NCBI GenBank assembly: GCA_963720755.1
Contig: CAVRGP010000006.1
Location: forward strand, 160,001 to 224,000
Direction of reading: 5' to 3'
Length of the DNA: 64,000 bases
Source: an uncultured Chloroflexia bacterium
GTDB lineage: Bacteria > Chloroflexota > Limnocylindria > Limnocylindrales > CSP1-4
The stretch's first letter is position 1. Every line of letters begins with the position of its first letter. This document shows positions 55,536 through 64,000 of the stretch, piece by piece. The notes under the pieces were generated by a model, which was not told the DNA's origin, ran no database searches, and saw nothing but the letters and a program-made list of their open reading frames with translations. A program made the translations under genes and the position numbers.

Positions 55536-56564
55536 ATGGACACGCAGCCGGCCCCAGCGACCCATGGGCGGGTCACGATGGCCGAGGTCGCGGCAGCGGC
55601 CGGCGTCTCGGTGCCGACCGTTTCAAAGGTGATCAACGGACGACGGGATGTCGCGCAGGTCACCCGTCGTCGGGTCGAGGAGGCCATCCTCGAGTCCGGG
55701 TACGAGCACCGCTCCAGACACGTGCAGCGAGCGGGGCTGCTCGAGCTGATCTTTCACGAGCTCGAGAGTGAATGGGCACTCGAGATCGTCATGGGCGTGG
55801 ACCGGGTGGCTCGCGAGCACCAGCTCGCGGTCGTCACCACGGAACTCCAGGGCCGCCATACGCCCGGTCGCGGGTGGATCGAAGGCGTGATCGAGCGCCG
55901 ATCGCTCGGCGTCATCGCCGTGTTCTCGGACCTGAGCGAGCGGATGCATGCCCAGCTGAAGGCGAGCGGGATCCCGTTCGTCGTCGTCGACCCGACTGGC
56001 GAGCCGCACCACGACACCCCCTCAGTCGGAGCGACGAACTGGGGCGGGGGCGTAGCGGCCACCCGGCATCTCCTCGGTCTCGGACACCGGCGGATCGGCA
56101 TCATCACCGGCCCGCGCGAGATCCTGTGCAGCCGGGCCAGGCTGGACGGATATCGCGCGGCGATGGACGAGGCGGGGGTACCGATCGATCCGTCGCTGAT
56201 CGCCTACGGCGACTTCCATGTCCAGTCGGGGATCGAGCAGGCCCACGCGATGCTCCATCTGCCGGACCCCCCGACGGCGATCTTCGCCGGCAACGACCTC
56301 ATGGCCCTCGGTGTCTACCAGACGGCCCGCGCGCTCCATCTCCACGTCCCGGACGACCTGAGCGTCGTCGGCTTCGACGACCTGCCGGTCGCAGGCTGGG
56401 TCGGCCCGCCGCTCACCACCGTCCGCCAGCCACTGTCGGAGATGGCCGTCACGGCGGCGCGACTGGTGATGCGACTCGCGGCTGGGCAGGAGCCTGCCCA
56501 GACCCGGCTCGAGCTGAACACGGAGCTCATCATCCGCGAGAGCACAGCTCCGCCCCGCCACTGA
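55536..56564 (+). CDS. LacI-family repressor (BxlR-like)
   Basis: VTMAEVAAAAGVSVPTVSKVING, LGHRRIG, SVVGFDD, PPLTTVRQP. Confidence 0.95.
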   Translation: MDTQPAPATHGRVTMAEVAAAAGVSVPTVSKVINGRRDVAQVTRRRVEEAILESGYEHRSRHVQRAGLLELIFHELESEWALEIVMGVDRVAREHQLAVVTTELQGRHTPGRGWIEGVIERRSLGVIAVFSDLSERMHAQLKASGIPFVVVDPTGEPHHDTPSVGATNWGGGVAATRHLLGLGHRRIGIITGPREILCSRARLDGYRAAMDEAGVPIDPSLIAYGDFHVQSGIEQAHAMLHLPDPPTAIFAGNDLMALGVYQTARALHLHVPDDLSVVGFDDLPVAGWVGPPLTTVRQPLSEMAVTAARLVMRLAAGQEPAQTRLELNTELIIRESTAPPRH

Positions 56565-56627
56565 GGAGCGGGTGCCCGGTCCGCAATCGCGGCCCGTTGG
56601 CCACGGCTCCGGACGGACCCAGAGTCT

Positions 56628-57875
56628 TCAGATCTCGAGTCGGATGTCGACGGCTTGGGGGCCGGACCGCTCCAGGGCAAAGCCAGTGGCCTCGTCGGCC
56701 CATGTACATCCGTACTCGCCCAGGAAGCCCGTGAAGTCCACGCGACCGCCTTCGTCCGTGACCATCCGGGTGGGTGCCAGCCACCAGTCGCCCTTGACCA
56801 GGCCGTGAACGGCATCGAATGCAGGCTTGGCCGTCCCATCGGCTCGGAGGAGGCCGGACGGCGCGTTGAGCCAGCCGCCGTCCGCGAGCCCCCACCAGGT
56901 GACCGAGGCGACGGCCGGATCGGCCAGCAGGGTCGTGTAGTGGGCGATCACCTCAGCGGCCTGGCGCGCCTCCCCATCCGGTGTCGACGGCCATTGGTCC
57001 ACCTGGTAGTCGTTGAGATCGACGATCTCGGGCGGCATCAGCTCGCCTGACACGATGGTGTTCTCGGTGAAATGGATGGGCAGGCCGAAGCGCTCGAACC
57101 GACCGAGCACGTCCTGCGTCCTGGCGATGCCCCAATAGCCCTGGTGCATGTGCGACTGAAGCCCGAGGGCATCGATCGCGATCCCGGCCTCGAGACAGTC
57201 CTCCACGAGATGCTCGTAGTCGGCGGACATGTCGAAGTCGTTGAGGATCAACGTGGCACCTGGGTTCGCCTGTCGCGCGGTGTCGAAGGCCAGCCTGACC
57301 GTCTCGACCCGCCCCAACGCCTGGCACAGACGGGTGATGCCGTTGTCCTCCTTGTCGAAGACCGGCATGATCACGGCCTCGTTGATGGCATCCCAGGTAT
57401 CGATGAGCCCGGCTCCGTCGGTCACCTCGCGGGTGATGCGCGCTCGAAGCGCCACGGCGACCTCGGTCACGGAAAGGTCGAGCAGCCAATCCGGAGCCAG
57501 GGTGTGCCAGCACAGGGGGTGCCCCTTCACCTCGCAGCCGCGATCGACGAACCAGCGAGCAGCTGCAAGCAACCGTTGCGTGTCGGGGTGGCCGCGTTGC
57601 GGCTCGAAACGCGCCCAGTAGAACGGCAGCGTCGCCGTGTTGAAGAGCTCGACCCAGCGCCCGAGGATCCGTTCGGCCACGTCCCGGTCGGCGTCGTCGA
57701 GCGCCCCGCCGGCGAGTTCGACAGCCTCGAACCCGGTGCACCCGAACCGAAAGGCGTGGCTTCGCTGGGCCACGACGACCTCCTGGCGCGCGAGTGGGCT
57801 GCCGTCACGGCGGCGGATGGTCAGCGCGACGCTCGACACTCGGTGCGGTGGGAGGGTCGACCGATCAAGTGCCAC
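56628..57875 (-). CDS. GH10 endo-1,4-beta-xylanase-like, no signal peptide
   Basis: [34 protein letters not shown]. Confidence 0.85.
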   Translation of the reverse strand: MALDRSTLPPHRVSSVALTIRRRDGSPLARQEVVVAQRSHAFRFGCTGFEAVELAGGALDDADRDVAERILGRWVELFNTATLPFYWARFEPQRGHPDTQRLLAAARWFVDRGCEVKGHPLCWHTLAPDWLLDLSVTEVAVALRARITREVTDGAGLIDTWDAINEAVIMPVFDKEDNGITRLCQALGRVETVRLAFDTARQANPGATLILNDFDMSADYEHLVEDCLEAGIAIDALGLQSHMHQGYWGIARTQDVLGRFERFGLPIHFTENTIVSGELMPPEIVDLNDYQVDQWPSTPDGEARQAAEVIAHYTTLLADPAVASVTWWGLADGGWLNAPSGLLRADGTAKPAFDAVHGLVKGDWWLAPTRMVTDEGGRVDFTGFLGEYGCTWADEATGFALERSGPQAVDIRLEI

Positions 57876-57962
57876 TGGAAGATCGTAGGCGGTCTAGCCC
57901 CGATAATCGGGGCGCGGGCCGCCAGGTCCCGCAGGGCACGGGACGGCGGCGAGGAGGGATCC

Positions 57963-59567
57963 GTGGACCAGGGGCAGACGGACGCACGGGAGTGGATCCG
58001 ATCGGGTGCGGCCATCCTCGGCATCGAGTTCGGTTCGACCCGGATCAAGGCGTCCCTGATCGGACCCGACATGACGCCCCTTGCGGCGGGCTCACACCTC
58101 TGGGAGAACCGGTTCGAGGACGGCGTCTGGACCTACGACATGGCGGACGTCCACGATGGGCTCGCGGCGTGCGTGGATTCCCTCGTCGAGGACGTGCGGG
58201 CACGATATTCGGTCGACGTCGAGGCCGTCGCTGCCCTGGGCGTCAGCGGGATGATGCACGGCTACATCGCCCTCGACGCGCAAGGTGAGCTCCTCGTTCC
58301 CTTCCGCACCTGGCGGAACAACATCACCAGCAGGGCCTGCGCCGAGCTGTCCCCTCGGCTTGACTTCGCCGTTCCCCAGCGCTGGAGCATCGCTCACCTG
58401 TACCAGTCGATCCTGGAGCGGCAGCCCCACGTCGGGCGGATCGCCCACCTCACCACGCTGGCGGGCTACATCCACTGGAGGCTGACCGGCAAGCACGTCG
58501 TCGGTGTCGGGGAGGCGTCGGGGATGTTCCCGATCGACCCCGGGACGGGCGATTGGGACGCCGAGCGCGTCGCTGCATTCGACACTCTCCTCGCGCCGTG
58601 GCACGTGGACTGGAAGCTCCGCGACATCCTTCCTGCGCTGCTCCCGGCCGGCCGGCCGGCGGGCCGGCTCAGCCCGGAGGGCGCCAGGCTGCTCGACCCG
58701 GTCGGGCGGATCAGGGCCGGCATCCCCATGTGCCCACCTGAAGGCGATGCCGGCACCGGGATGGTCGCCACGAATGCGGTCAGGCCTCGATCTGGGAACG
58801 TGTCCGCCGGCACCTCGATGTTCGCGATGATCGTCCTCGAACGCGGCCTGTCTCGGGTCCACGACGAGATCGACATCGTGGTCACACCCGACGGGAAGCC
58901 AGTGGCGATGGCCCACTCCAACAACGGGACATCGGACCTGGATGCCTGGATGGCGCTGTTCGGTCAGGTCGCCGGCGCGCTCGGCGCCGGGACGCAGCTC
59001 GAGGAGCTGTACGCGCGGATCCTGCCGCTCGCCCTCCAGGGCGACCCGGACGCCGGCGGGCTCTTATCCATCAACTATGTCTCGGGCGAGCATCTGACCG
59101 GCTTCACCGAGGGGCGCCCGCTGTTCGTCCGGAACCAGGATGGCCGGTTCACCCTGGAGAACTTCATGCGGGCGCTGTGCTACGCGTCGCTCTGCGCCAT
59201 GCGGGAGGGACTCGACATCCTCCGTGATCAGGAGGGCGTGATCGTCGAGGAGGTTCGCGGCCACGGCGGCTTCTTCAAGGCCAGTGACACCGGCCAGCGG
59301 ATCATGGCCGCCGCGCTCGATGTCCCGGTCAGCCTTCCCGCCACGGCGGGCGAAGGAGGTGCCTGGGGTATGGCCGTGCTGGCCGCGTACCTGCTCCGGT
59401 CCGACGCTGGCCAGACGCTCCCGGATTTCCTTGACCGGTGGGTCTCGGCGAGCATGGGCGAGACCATCGCCCCGGACCCGCGCGACGTCGAGGGGTTCTC
59501 GGCCTTCTTCGCACGCCACCGGGCCGGGCTCGGAATCGAGCGCGAGGCCATCAGGTCACTGCGCTGA
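57963..59567 (+). CDS. araB: FGGY-family pentulose kinase (probable L-ribulokinase)
   Basis: [36 protein letters not shown]; adjacent to araAD. Confidence 0.8.
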   Translation: MDQGQTDAREWIRSGAAILGIEFGSTRIKASLIGPDMTPLAAGSHLWENRFEDGVWTYDMADVHDGLAACVDSLVEDVRARYSVDVEAVAALGVSGMMHGYIALDAQGELLVPFRTWRNNITSRACAELSPRLDFAVPQRWSIAHLYQSILERQPHVGRIAHLTTLAGYIHWRLTGKHVVGVGEASGMFPIDPGTGDWDAERVAAFDTLLAPWHVDWKLRDILPALLPAGRPAGRLSPEGARLLDPVGRIRAGIPMCPPEGDAGTGMVATNAVRPRSGNVSAGTSMFAMIVLERGLSRVHDEIDIVVTPDGKPVAMAHSNNGTSDLDAWMALFGQVAGALGAGTQLEELYARILPLALQGDPDAGGLLSINYVSGEHLTGFTEGRPLFVRNQDGRFTLENFMRALCYASLCAMREGLDILRDQEGVIVEEVRGHGGFFKASDTGQRIMAAALDVPVSLPATAGEGGAWGMAVLAAYLLRSDAGQTLPDFLDRWVSASMGETIAPDPRDVEGFSAFFARHRAGLGIEREAIRSLR

Positions 59568-59594
59568 GATGGCGGCTGGCGGACCGCCCGACGA

Positions 59595-60311
59595 TCAGTC
59601 CTGGCGGGTCGGCGGCTGCCCGTAGTAGGCGGCGGGGCCGTGCTTCCGCTGGAAATGCTTCTCGAGCAGCGCGTCGTCGACGGGCGGGCGATCGGGCGCC
59701 AGGGCAAGGGTACTGATCGCCATCCCGGCGATCGCCTCGAGGGCGATGGCGTTGGTGACCGCCTCCTCCCCGCTGGCTCCCCAGGTGAACGGCCCGTGGG
59801 ACGCAACCAGCACGCCCGGCATGTGGAGGTGGTGGAGACCCTCGGTCTCGAAGTGCTCGACGATCACCCGACCCGTGTTCGCTTCGTACGCTCCGTCGAT
59901 CTCGGCAGCCGTCAGCGGCCGGGTGACCGGAACCTGGCCGCGGAAGTGGTCGGCGTGGGTCGTCCCGAGGCACGGGATCGGTCGATGGGCCTGCGCCCAC
60001 GCCACGGCCGCCGGCGAATGCGTGTGGACGACGCCTCGCAGATCCGCGTACTGCTGATAGAGGAACAGGTGCGTCGGGGTGTCCGACGATGGTCGTCCGG
60101 AACCCGCTACGACCGTGCCGTTCTCGATGGAGACGACCACGATGTCGTCGTCGGTCAGGTCCGCGTACGGGACACCGCTCGGTTTGATCGCGAAGACGCC
60201 GGCGGCCCGGTCGGCGACGCTCACGTTGCCGAATGACAGGACCACCAGCCCGGCCCGCTCGATGCGCCGGTTGAGGTCCGCGGACGCTGCGCGTATCTGG
60301 TCGTAGGTCAT
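59595..60311 (-). CDS. araD: L-ribulose-5-phosphate 4-epimerase
   Basis: GNVS, IKPSGV, PSSDTPTH, HTHS, GTTHAD, KHF.RKHG..AYYGQ. Confidence 0.95.
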   Translation of the reverse strand: MTYDQIRAASADLNRRIERAGLVVLSFGNVSVADRAAGVFAIKPSGVPYADLTDDDIVVVSIENGTVVAGSGRPSSDTPTHLFLYQQYADLRGVVHTHSPAAVAWAQAHRPIPCLGTTHADHFRGQVPVTRPLTAAEIDGAYEANTGRVIVEHFETEGLHHLHMPGVLVASHGPFTWGASGEEAVTNAIALEAIAGMAISTLALAPDRPPVDDALLEKHFQRKHGPAAYYGQPPTRQD

Positions 60312-60321
60312 GGCACGGTCC

Positions 60322-61827
60322 CTAGCGGCTTCCGGCGAGGTGGTAGTACGCCTGACTCCAGCGAAGCTCCTGCCTCAGTTGAAGCGTCGTCGTGTCGGCA
60401 TCGATCGAGATCAGCTCGATCTGGGCGATCTCCGCGAAGTCCTGGATGACATCAAGGCCGATCGCCTTGCTGAAACCGGTGTGGTGCGGACCCCCGGCCA
60501 TCAGCCACGCCCCCGCAGCGACCTCGAGCGTCGGACGGGGCCGCCACACCGCACGCCCCACCGGCAGCTTCGGCAGGTCCTGCGGCGGCGCGACGACGTC
60601 GATCTCGTTGGCGACCAGCCGGAAGCGCGGGCCAAGATCCAGGAGGCCGACCACGATGCCCGGCCCGGGGGAAGCCGTGAACACCAGGCGAACCGGATCG
60701 TCCTTGCCGCCGATCCCGAGCGGATGGATCTCGCAGCGCGGTCGGTCGCCCGCGATCGACGGACACACCTCGAGCATGTGGGCCCCGAGGACCAGTGGGT
60801 TCCCCGGGTCGAGGTGATACGTGTAGTCCTCCATGAACGACGTGCCCCCGGGCAGTCCGGACGCCATGGTCTTCATGAGCCGGACGACGGCCGCGGTCTT
60901 CCAGTCGCCCTCGCCACCGAACCCGTAGCCATCGGCCATCAGCCGCTGAACGGCGATCCCGGGCAGCTGCCGGAGGTCGGCCAGGTCCTCGAACGTGTCG
61001 GTGAACGCGCCGAACCCGCCGTCGACCAGGAAGCCGCGCAGGGCCAGTTCGATCGCCGCAGCGTCCCGAAGGGAGGCGTGTCGATCCCCGCCGGTCCGCA
61101 GTTCCGGCGCGACGTCGTAGGTGTCCTGGTACTCGGCGACGAGGTCGCTCACGGCCGGCCCGTCGGCCTGGTCGACACGGCGCTCGAGCTCGCTGACCCC
61201 ATACCCGTTCACCGAGAATCCGAGCCGCCACTCGGCCTCGACCTTGTCACCCTCGGTCACCGCGACCTGTCGCATGTTGTCGCCGAAGCGGGCGATCCGC
61301 AGGTGGTGCGCGTCGTGCCAGGCGCCGGCGGCCCGTGACCAGGAGCCGATCGCAGCGCGGACCGCCGGGTCCTGCCAGTGGCCCACGACGGTCTTGCGCG
61401 CCTTCCCCAGTCGTGTCTCGAGGTAGCCGAACTCCCGATCGCCGTGGGCGGCCTGGTTGAGGTTCATGAAGTCCATGTCGATCTCGCCCCAGGGGAGATC
61501 GCGGTTGTGCTGCGTATGCAGGTGGAGCAGTGGCTTCTGGAGGGCGCCCAGCCCGGCGATCCACATCTTCGCGGGCGAGAACGTATGCATCCAGGCGATG
61601 ACACCCACGCACTGCGTCGTCGCGTTCGCCTCAGCCAGGAGCCCATGGATCGACTCCGCGGTCGTCTGTACGGGCTTCTGGACGATGCGGACGGGGATCT
61701 CCGGCGCCGCGCCGAGGCCGCCGACGATGTCGGCCGAATGACGCTCGACCTGGTCCAGGACCTCAGGCCCGTACAGGTGCTGACTGCCGGTCACGAACCA
61801 GATCTCCAGGGCGGCTAGGTCGAACAT
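60322..61827 (-). CDS. araA: L-arabinose isomerase
   Basis: [48 protein letters not shown]. Confidence 0.97.
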   Translation of the reverse strand: MFDLAALEIWFVTGSQHLYGPEVLDQVERHSADIVGGLGAAPEIPVRIVQKPVQTTAESIHGLLAEANATTQCVGVIAWMHTFSPAKMWIAGLGALQKPLLHLHTQHNRDLPWGEIDMDFMNLNQAAHGDREFGYLETRLGKARKTVVGHWQDPAVRAAIGSWSRAAGAWHDAHHLRIARFGDNMRQVAVTEGDKVEAEWRLGFSVNGYGVSELERRVDQADGPAVSDLVAEYQDTYDVAPELRTGGDRHASLRDAAAIELALRGFLVDGGFGAFTDTFEDLADLRQLPGIAVQRLMADGYGFGGEGDWKTAAVVRLMKTMASGLPGGTSFMEDYTYHLDPGNPLVLGAHMLEVCPSIAGDRPRCEIHPLGIGGKDDPVRLVFTASPGPGIVVGLLDLGPRFRLVANEIDVVAPPQDLPKLPVGRAVWRPRPTLEVAAGAWLMAGGPHHTGFSKAIGLDVIQDFAEIAQIELISIDADTTTLQLRQELRWSQAYYHLAGSR

Positions 61828-61941
61828 GACGGCTCCATTGGTGGGTTCTTCCTGGGTCAGCGTGCGCTTGCCGATGACGATACCGCTCCGCGCCTCCCCG
61901 GTTCGGCGGTCGGCCGAATCGCGTCTGGGTTCAGTCGAGAT

Positions 61942-62316
61942 TCAGCGGCGGACAACGCCGAAGCTGCAGGCAGCCCAGGTTCCGTCGTTGTTGTAGCCGC
62001 CCAGGAGCTCGTAGCGCTGTCCGGTCTGTGCCACCACCTGGCCATCCCGGTCGAGAACTTCGACCGCGTTCCAGCTTCGTCGGCCGGTGTAGCCCGCAGG
62101 CCATCGGACAGCAACGGTCGTCCTCGCCATGTCTTCCGACACGATCGCGGTCCCTGCCCGCGGGTCCGCGATGAGCATCCCGGTCGTGTTGGCGGCGAAA
62201 CAGCCGGAGTTGTCGCTCGCGGTCAGGAGCGTGACCGACTCACCAGGGCCGCAGGTCGCGAGGAGGCCCGTCAGTGCCAGAAGACCCAGCCCGCTGGCGA
62301 CATAGCGCTTGTTCAT
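61942..62316 (-). CDS. Small exported/lipoprotein with two further Cys
   Basis: MNKR plus hydrophobic stretch and LATC; C..G.L..D...G..VRWPAGY..GQVVA.TG..GG..WAAC. Confidence 0.65.
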   Translation of the reverse strand: MNKRYVASGLGLLALTGLLATCGPGESVTLLTASDNSGCFAANTTGMLIADPRAGTAIVSEDMARTTVAVRWPAGYTGRRSWNAVEVLDRDGQVVAQTGQRYELLGGYNNDGTWAACSFGVVRR

Positions 62317-62351
62317 GGATCGATCGTGAGATCAGTCCGTCGCCGAGCGCA

Positions 62352-62408
62352 ACTGGACGAGAGTCATGCCCCCTCTCGTTCCTTCATGCGTCCGACGCGC
62401 TCTCCAGT
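62352..62408 (-). ncRNA. Candidate structured 5' leader RNA (three-way junction)
   Basis: ACUGG/CCAGU closing stem, GCGU/ACGC hairpin, ACGAGAG/CUCUCGU hairpin; begins about 7 nt after a TGtGCACAAT -10. Confidence 0.35.
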
Positions 62409-62509
62409 CGACGGCATTGTGCACAGGCGGGAGGTCTTCGTCCAAACCATCCCGGAGCACATCTCGTCGGATGGTATCGTCACGCGAACGTAGGACACGG
62501 ACGGCCTCG

Positions 62510-64000
62510 ATGAGATCTCCTACGTCATCCCGCCGATGGATCGTTGACGGACAGACGATGACCTTTAGGCGTCTCAGAACCAGACTGGCCCACGGCCAGT
62601 CGCTGCCGACCGGCGCAACCTCCTCGGTCATTCGGCAGGAACCGCTGAGTATTCCCGTTGAGCTGCGGCCCAGAAACGATCCACACCCCAGCCAGGGCGA
62701 GGATCCAGACGCCGCCCTGGGGACGGCCCGGCCGACAGGTGCAACGACGCCCGAGATCCACGCCGACCGTGGGGCTGTCCGACGCGGATCGCTGCGGTTC
62801 CTCGACAACCGCGTGGAACGGCGTTACCAGCGCCAGGCCGGCGCGGAGAGCCAGGCCGGGTTCCGCATCACCACTGGTACTGCGTCAGTCTTGTGGCTCC
62901 TGGCCGTCGTCGTCATTCCGATGAGCACGCCGGTTCCTCCGGATCTCGCGATCCCCGTGTGTTTCGCGATGGCGGTATTCAACTCGGTCGCCTTCCTGCT
63001 TTCAGTGAAGGCGGACACACTGGATCGACAACACTCGATCGTTTCCGTTCTGACCGCCGTGAACGGGTTGGTCATCCTGTGGCTAGCCTCCGCGGGTGGC
63101 GTCCTCCCGGGATACGGGATCAGCGCGATCATGCTGCTCCTGATCTTCGGGTTCGTCGCACGCACCGGCTTCATCTTTGCCGCGTTGCGCACGGCCGTCA
63201 TCGTCGTCGGCTTCGTCGTAGCTGCCGTCCTCTATACGGGTCGGAGCAGCCTCGTCATCGACACGTTCATCTTCGGAGCCGCCGTGATCGGTAGTCTCCT
63301 GGCCTTGCGACTCCTCGAGCAGTCCCGCCGCCGCGTCTTCTATCAGGACATCGTCATCACCCGACAGGCAGAGGCGCTACGGCTCGAGAAGGACAGAGCC
63401 GATGCGTTGTTGCTCAACGTCCTTCCGGGATCGATCTCCTCGCGCCTCCTCGCCGGCGAACGGACGATCGCCGATGAGTATCCGGCCGTCACTGTGCTCT
63501 TTGCTGACATCGTCGGGTTCACACCGTTGACCGCGCGTCTGCCGGCCGACGAAGTGGTAGCGGTGCTCAGCCGACTGTTCGCGCACTTCGACGAACTCAC
63601 GGCCGAGCGCGGCCTCGAGAAGATCAAGACCATCGGCGATGCGTACATGGCCGCGGGCGGACTGCCCGAGCCACTCGAGGACCACGCGGCTCGCGTCGTC
63701 GATCTCGGCCTCGCGATGATCGACGTCGCCGCCCGAGTGAGCGACCGAGTCGCCGACCTTCATCTCCGAGTCGGCGTGCATTCAGGGCCGGTCGTCGGCG
63801 GCGTGATCGGCCACCGCAAGTTTGCGTTCGACATCTGGGGCGAGACGGTGAACATCGCCAGCAGACTGGAGTCGCAGGGTATCCCTGACCGCGTCCAAGT
63901 CAGCGCCGAAACCTGGCGAATCGTCAAGGAGGTGTTTGATGCGGAGCCCCAGGGTCCGATCCACCTTCGCGGATACGGTCCTATGGACACCTATGCGATC
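62510..64000 (+). CDS. Membrane class III adenylate/guanylate cyclase (runs off the window end; absent from the ORF track)
   Basis: Hand-translated open frame: about 6 TMs, ADALLLNVLP, VLFADIVGFT, EKIKTIGDAYM, RVGVHSG, KFAFDIWGETVNIASRLES; K/D specificity residues favour ATP. Start uncertain (62510 or 62558). Confidence 0.9.
   Translation, partial: MRSPTSSRRWIVDGQTMTFRRLRTRLAHGQSLPTGATSSVIRQEPLSIPVELRPRNDPHPSQGEDPDAALGTARPTGATTPEIHADRGAVRRGSLRFLDNRVERRYQRQAGAESQAGFRITTGTASVLWLLAVVVIPMSTPVPPDLAIPVCFAMAVFNSVAFLLSVKADTLDRQHSIVSVLTAVNGLVILWLASAGGVLPGYGISAIMLLLIFGFVARTGFIFAALRTAVIVVGFVVAAVLYTGRSSLVIDTFIFGAAVIGSLLALRLLEQSRRRVFYQDIVITRQAEALRLEKDRADALLLNVLPGSISSRLLAGERTIADEYPAVTVLFADIVGFTPLTARLPADEVVAVLSRLFAHFDELTAERGLEKIKTIGDAYMAAGGLPEPLEDHAARVVDLGLAMIDVAARVSDRVADLHLRVGVHSGPVVGGVIGHRKFAFDIWGETVNIASRLESQGIPDRVQVSAETWRIVKEVFDAEPQGPIHLRGYGPMDTYAI

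Noticed and set aside
62332-62334. Selenocysteine at the in-frame TGA
   Set aside because: No redox motif context or evident SECIS, and it lies upstream of a signal peptide.

Overview
A gene-dense, high-GC bacterial chromosomal window with about 56 protein genes. I could not support any rRNA, tRNA, CRISPR array, IS or phage. Gene content and pervasive leaderless genes suggest a soil or freshwater Chloroflexota (Limnocylindria/Ellin6529-like) or an actinobacterial relative; this is inference. Main blocks in order: Ig-domain membrane protein and Zn-ribbon protein; OmpR-type two-component system with HtrA; rplY; LigC and a Prim-Pol (LigD polymerase-like) without Ku; DGPF/YciI plus ECF42 sigma; a copper locus (PCuAC, SCO fusion, Tat two-domain multicopper oxidase); GcvT-family dehydrogenase with ETF; GH18; NfeD-NfeD-SPFH; transport and membrane genes; a non-pyrrolysine MttB; MoxR-DUF58-DUF4129; a NarL-type two-component system facing a small Pro-rich membrane peptide; SnoaL-TusA, DsrE and a LAL regulator; a LacI-controlled arabinoxylan locus with araBDA; and a 3'-truncated class III cyclase. 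The best leads, all needing confirmation: (1) a kinase/regulator pair and a 76-aa Pro-rich peptide driven by mirror-image promoters (candidate peptide signalling); (2) a SnoaL-TusA/DsrE sulfur-relay cassette with a Cys-bearing LAL regulator; (3) tandem DosR-like boxes at four promoters, including the copper genes; (4) a structured 5' leader RNA with a uORF and an in-frame TGA upstream of a lipoprotein.
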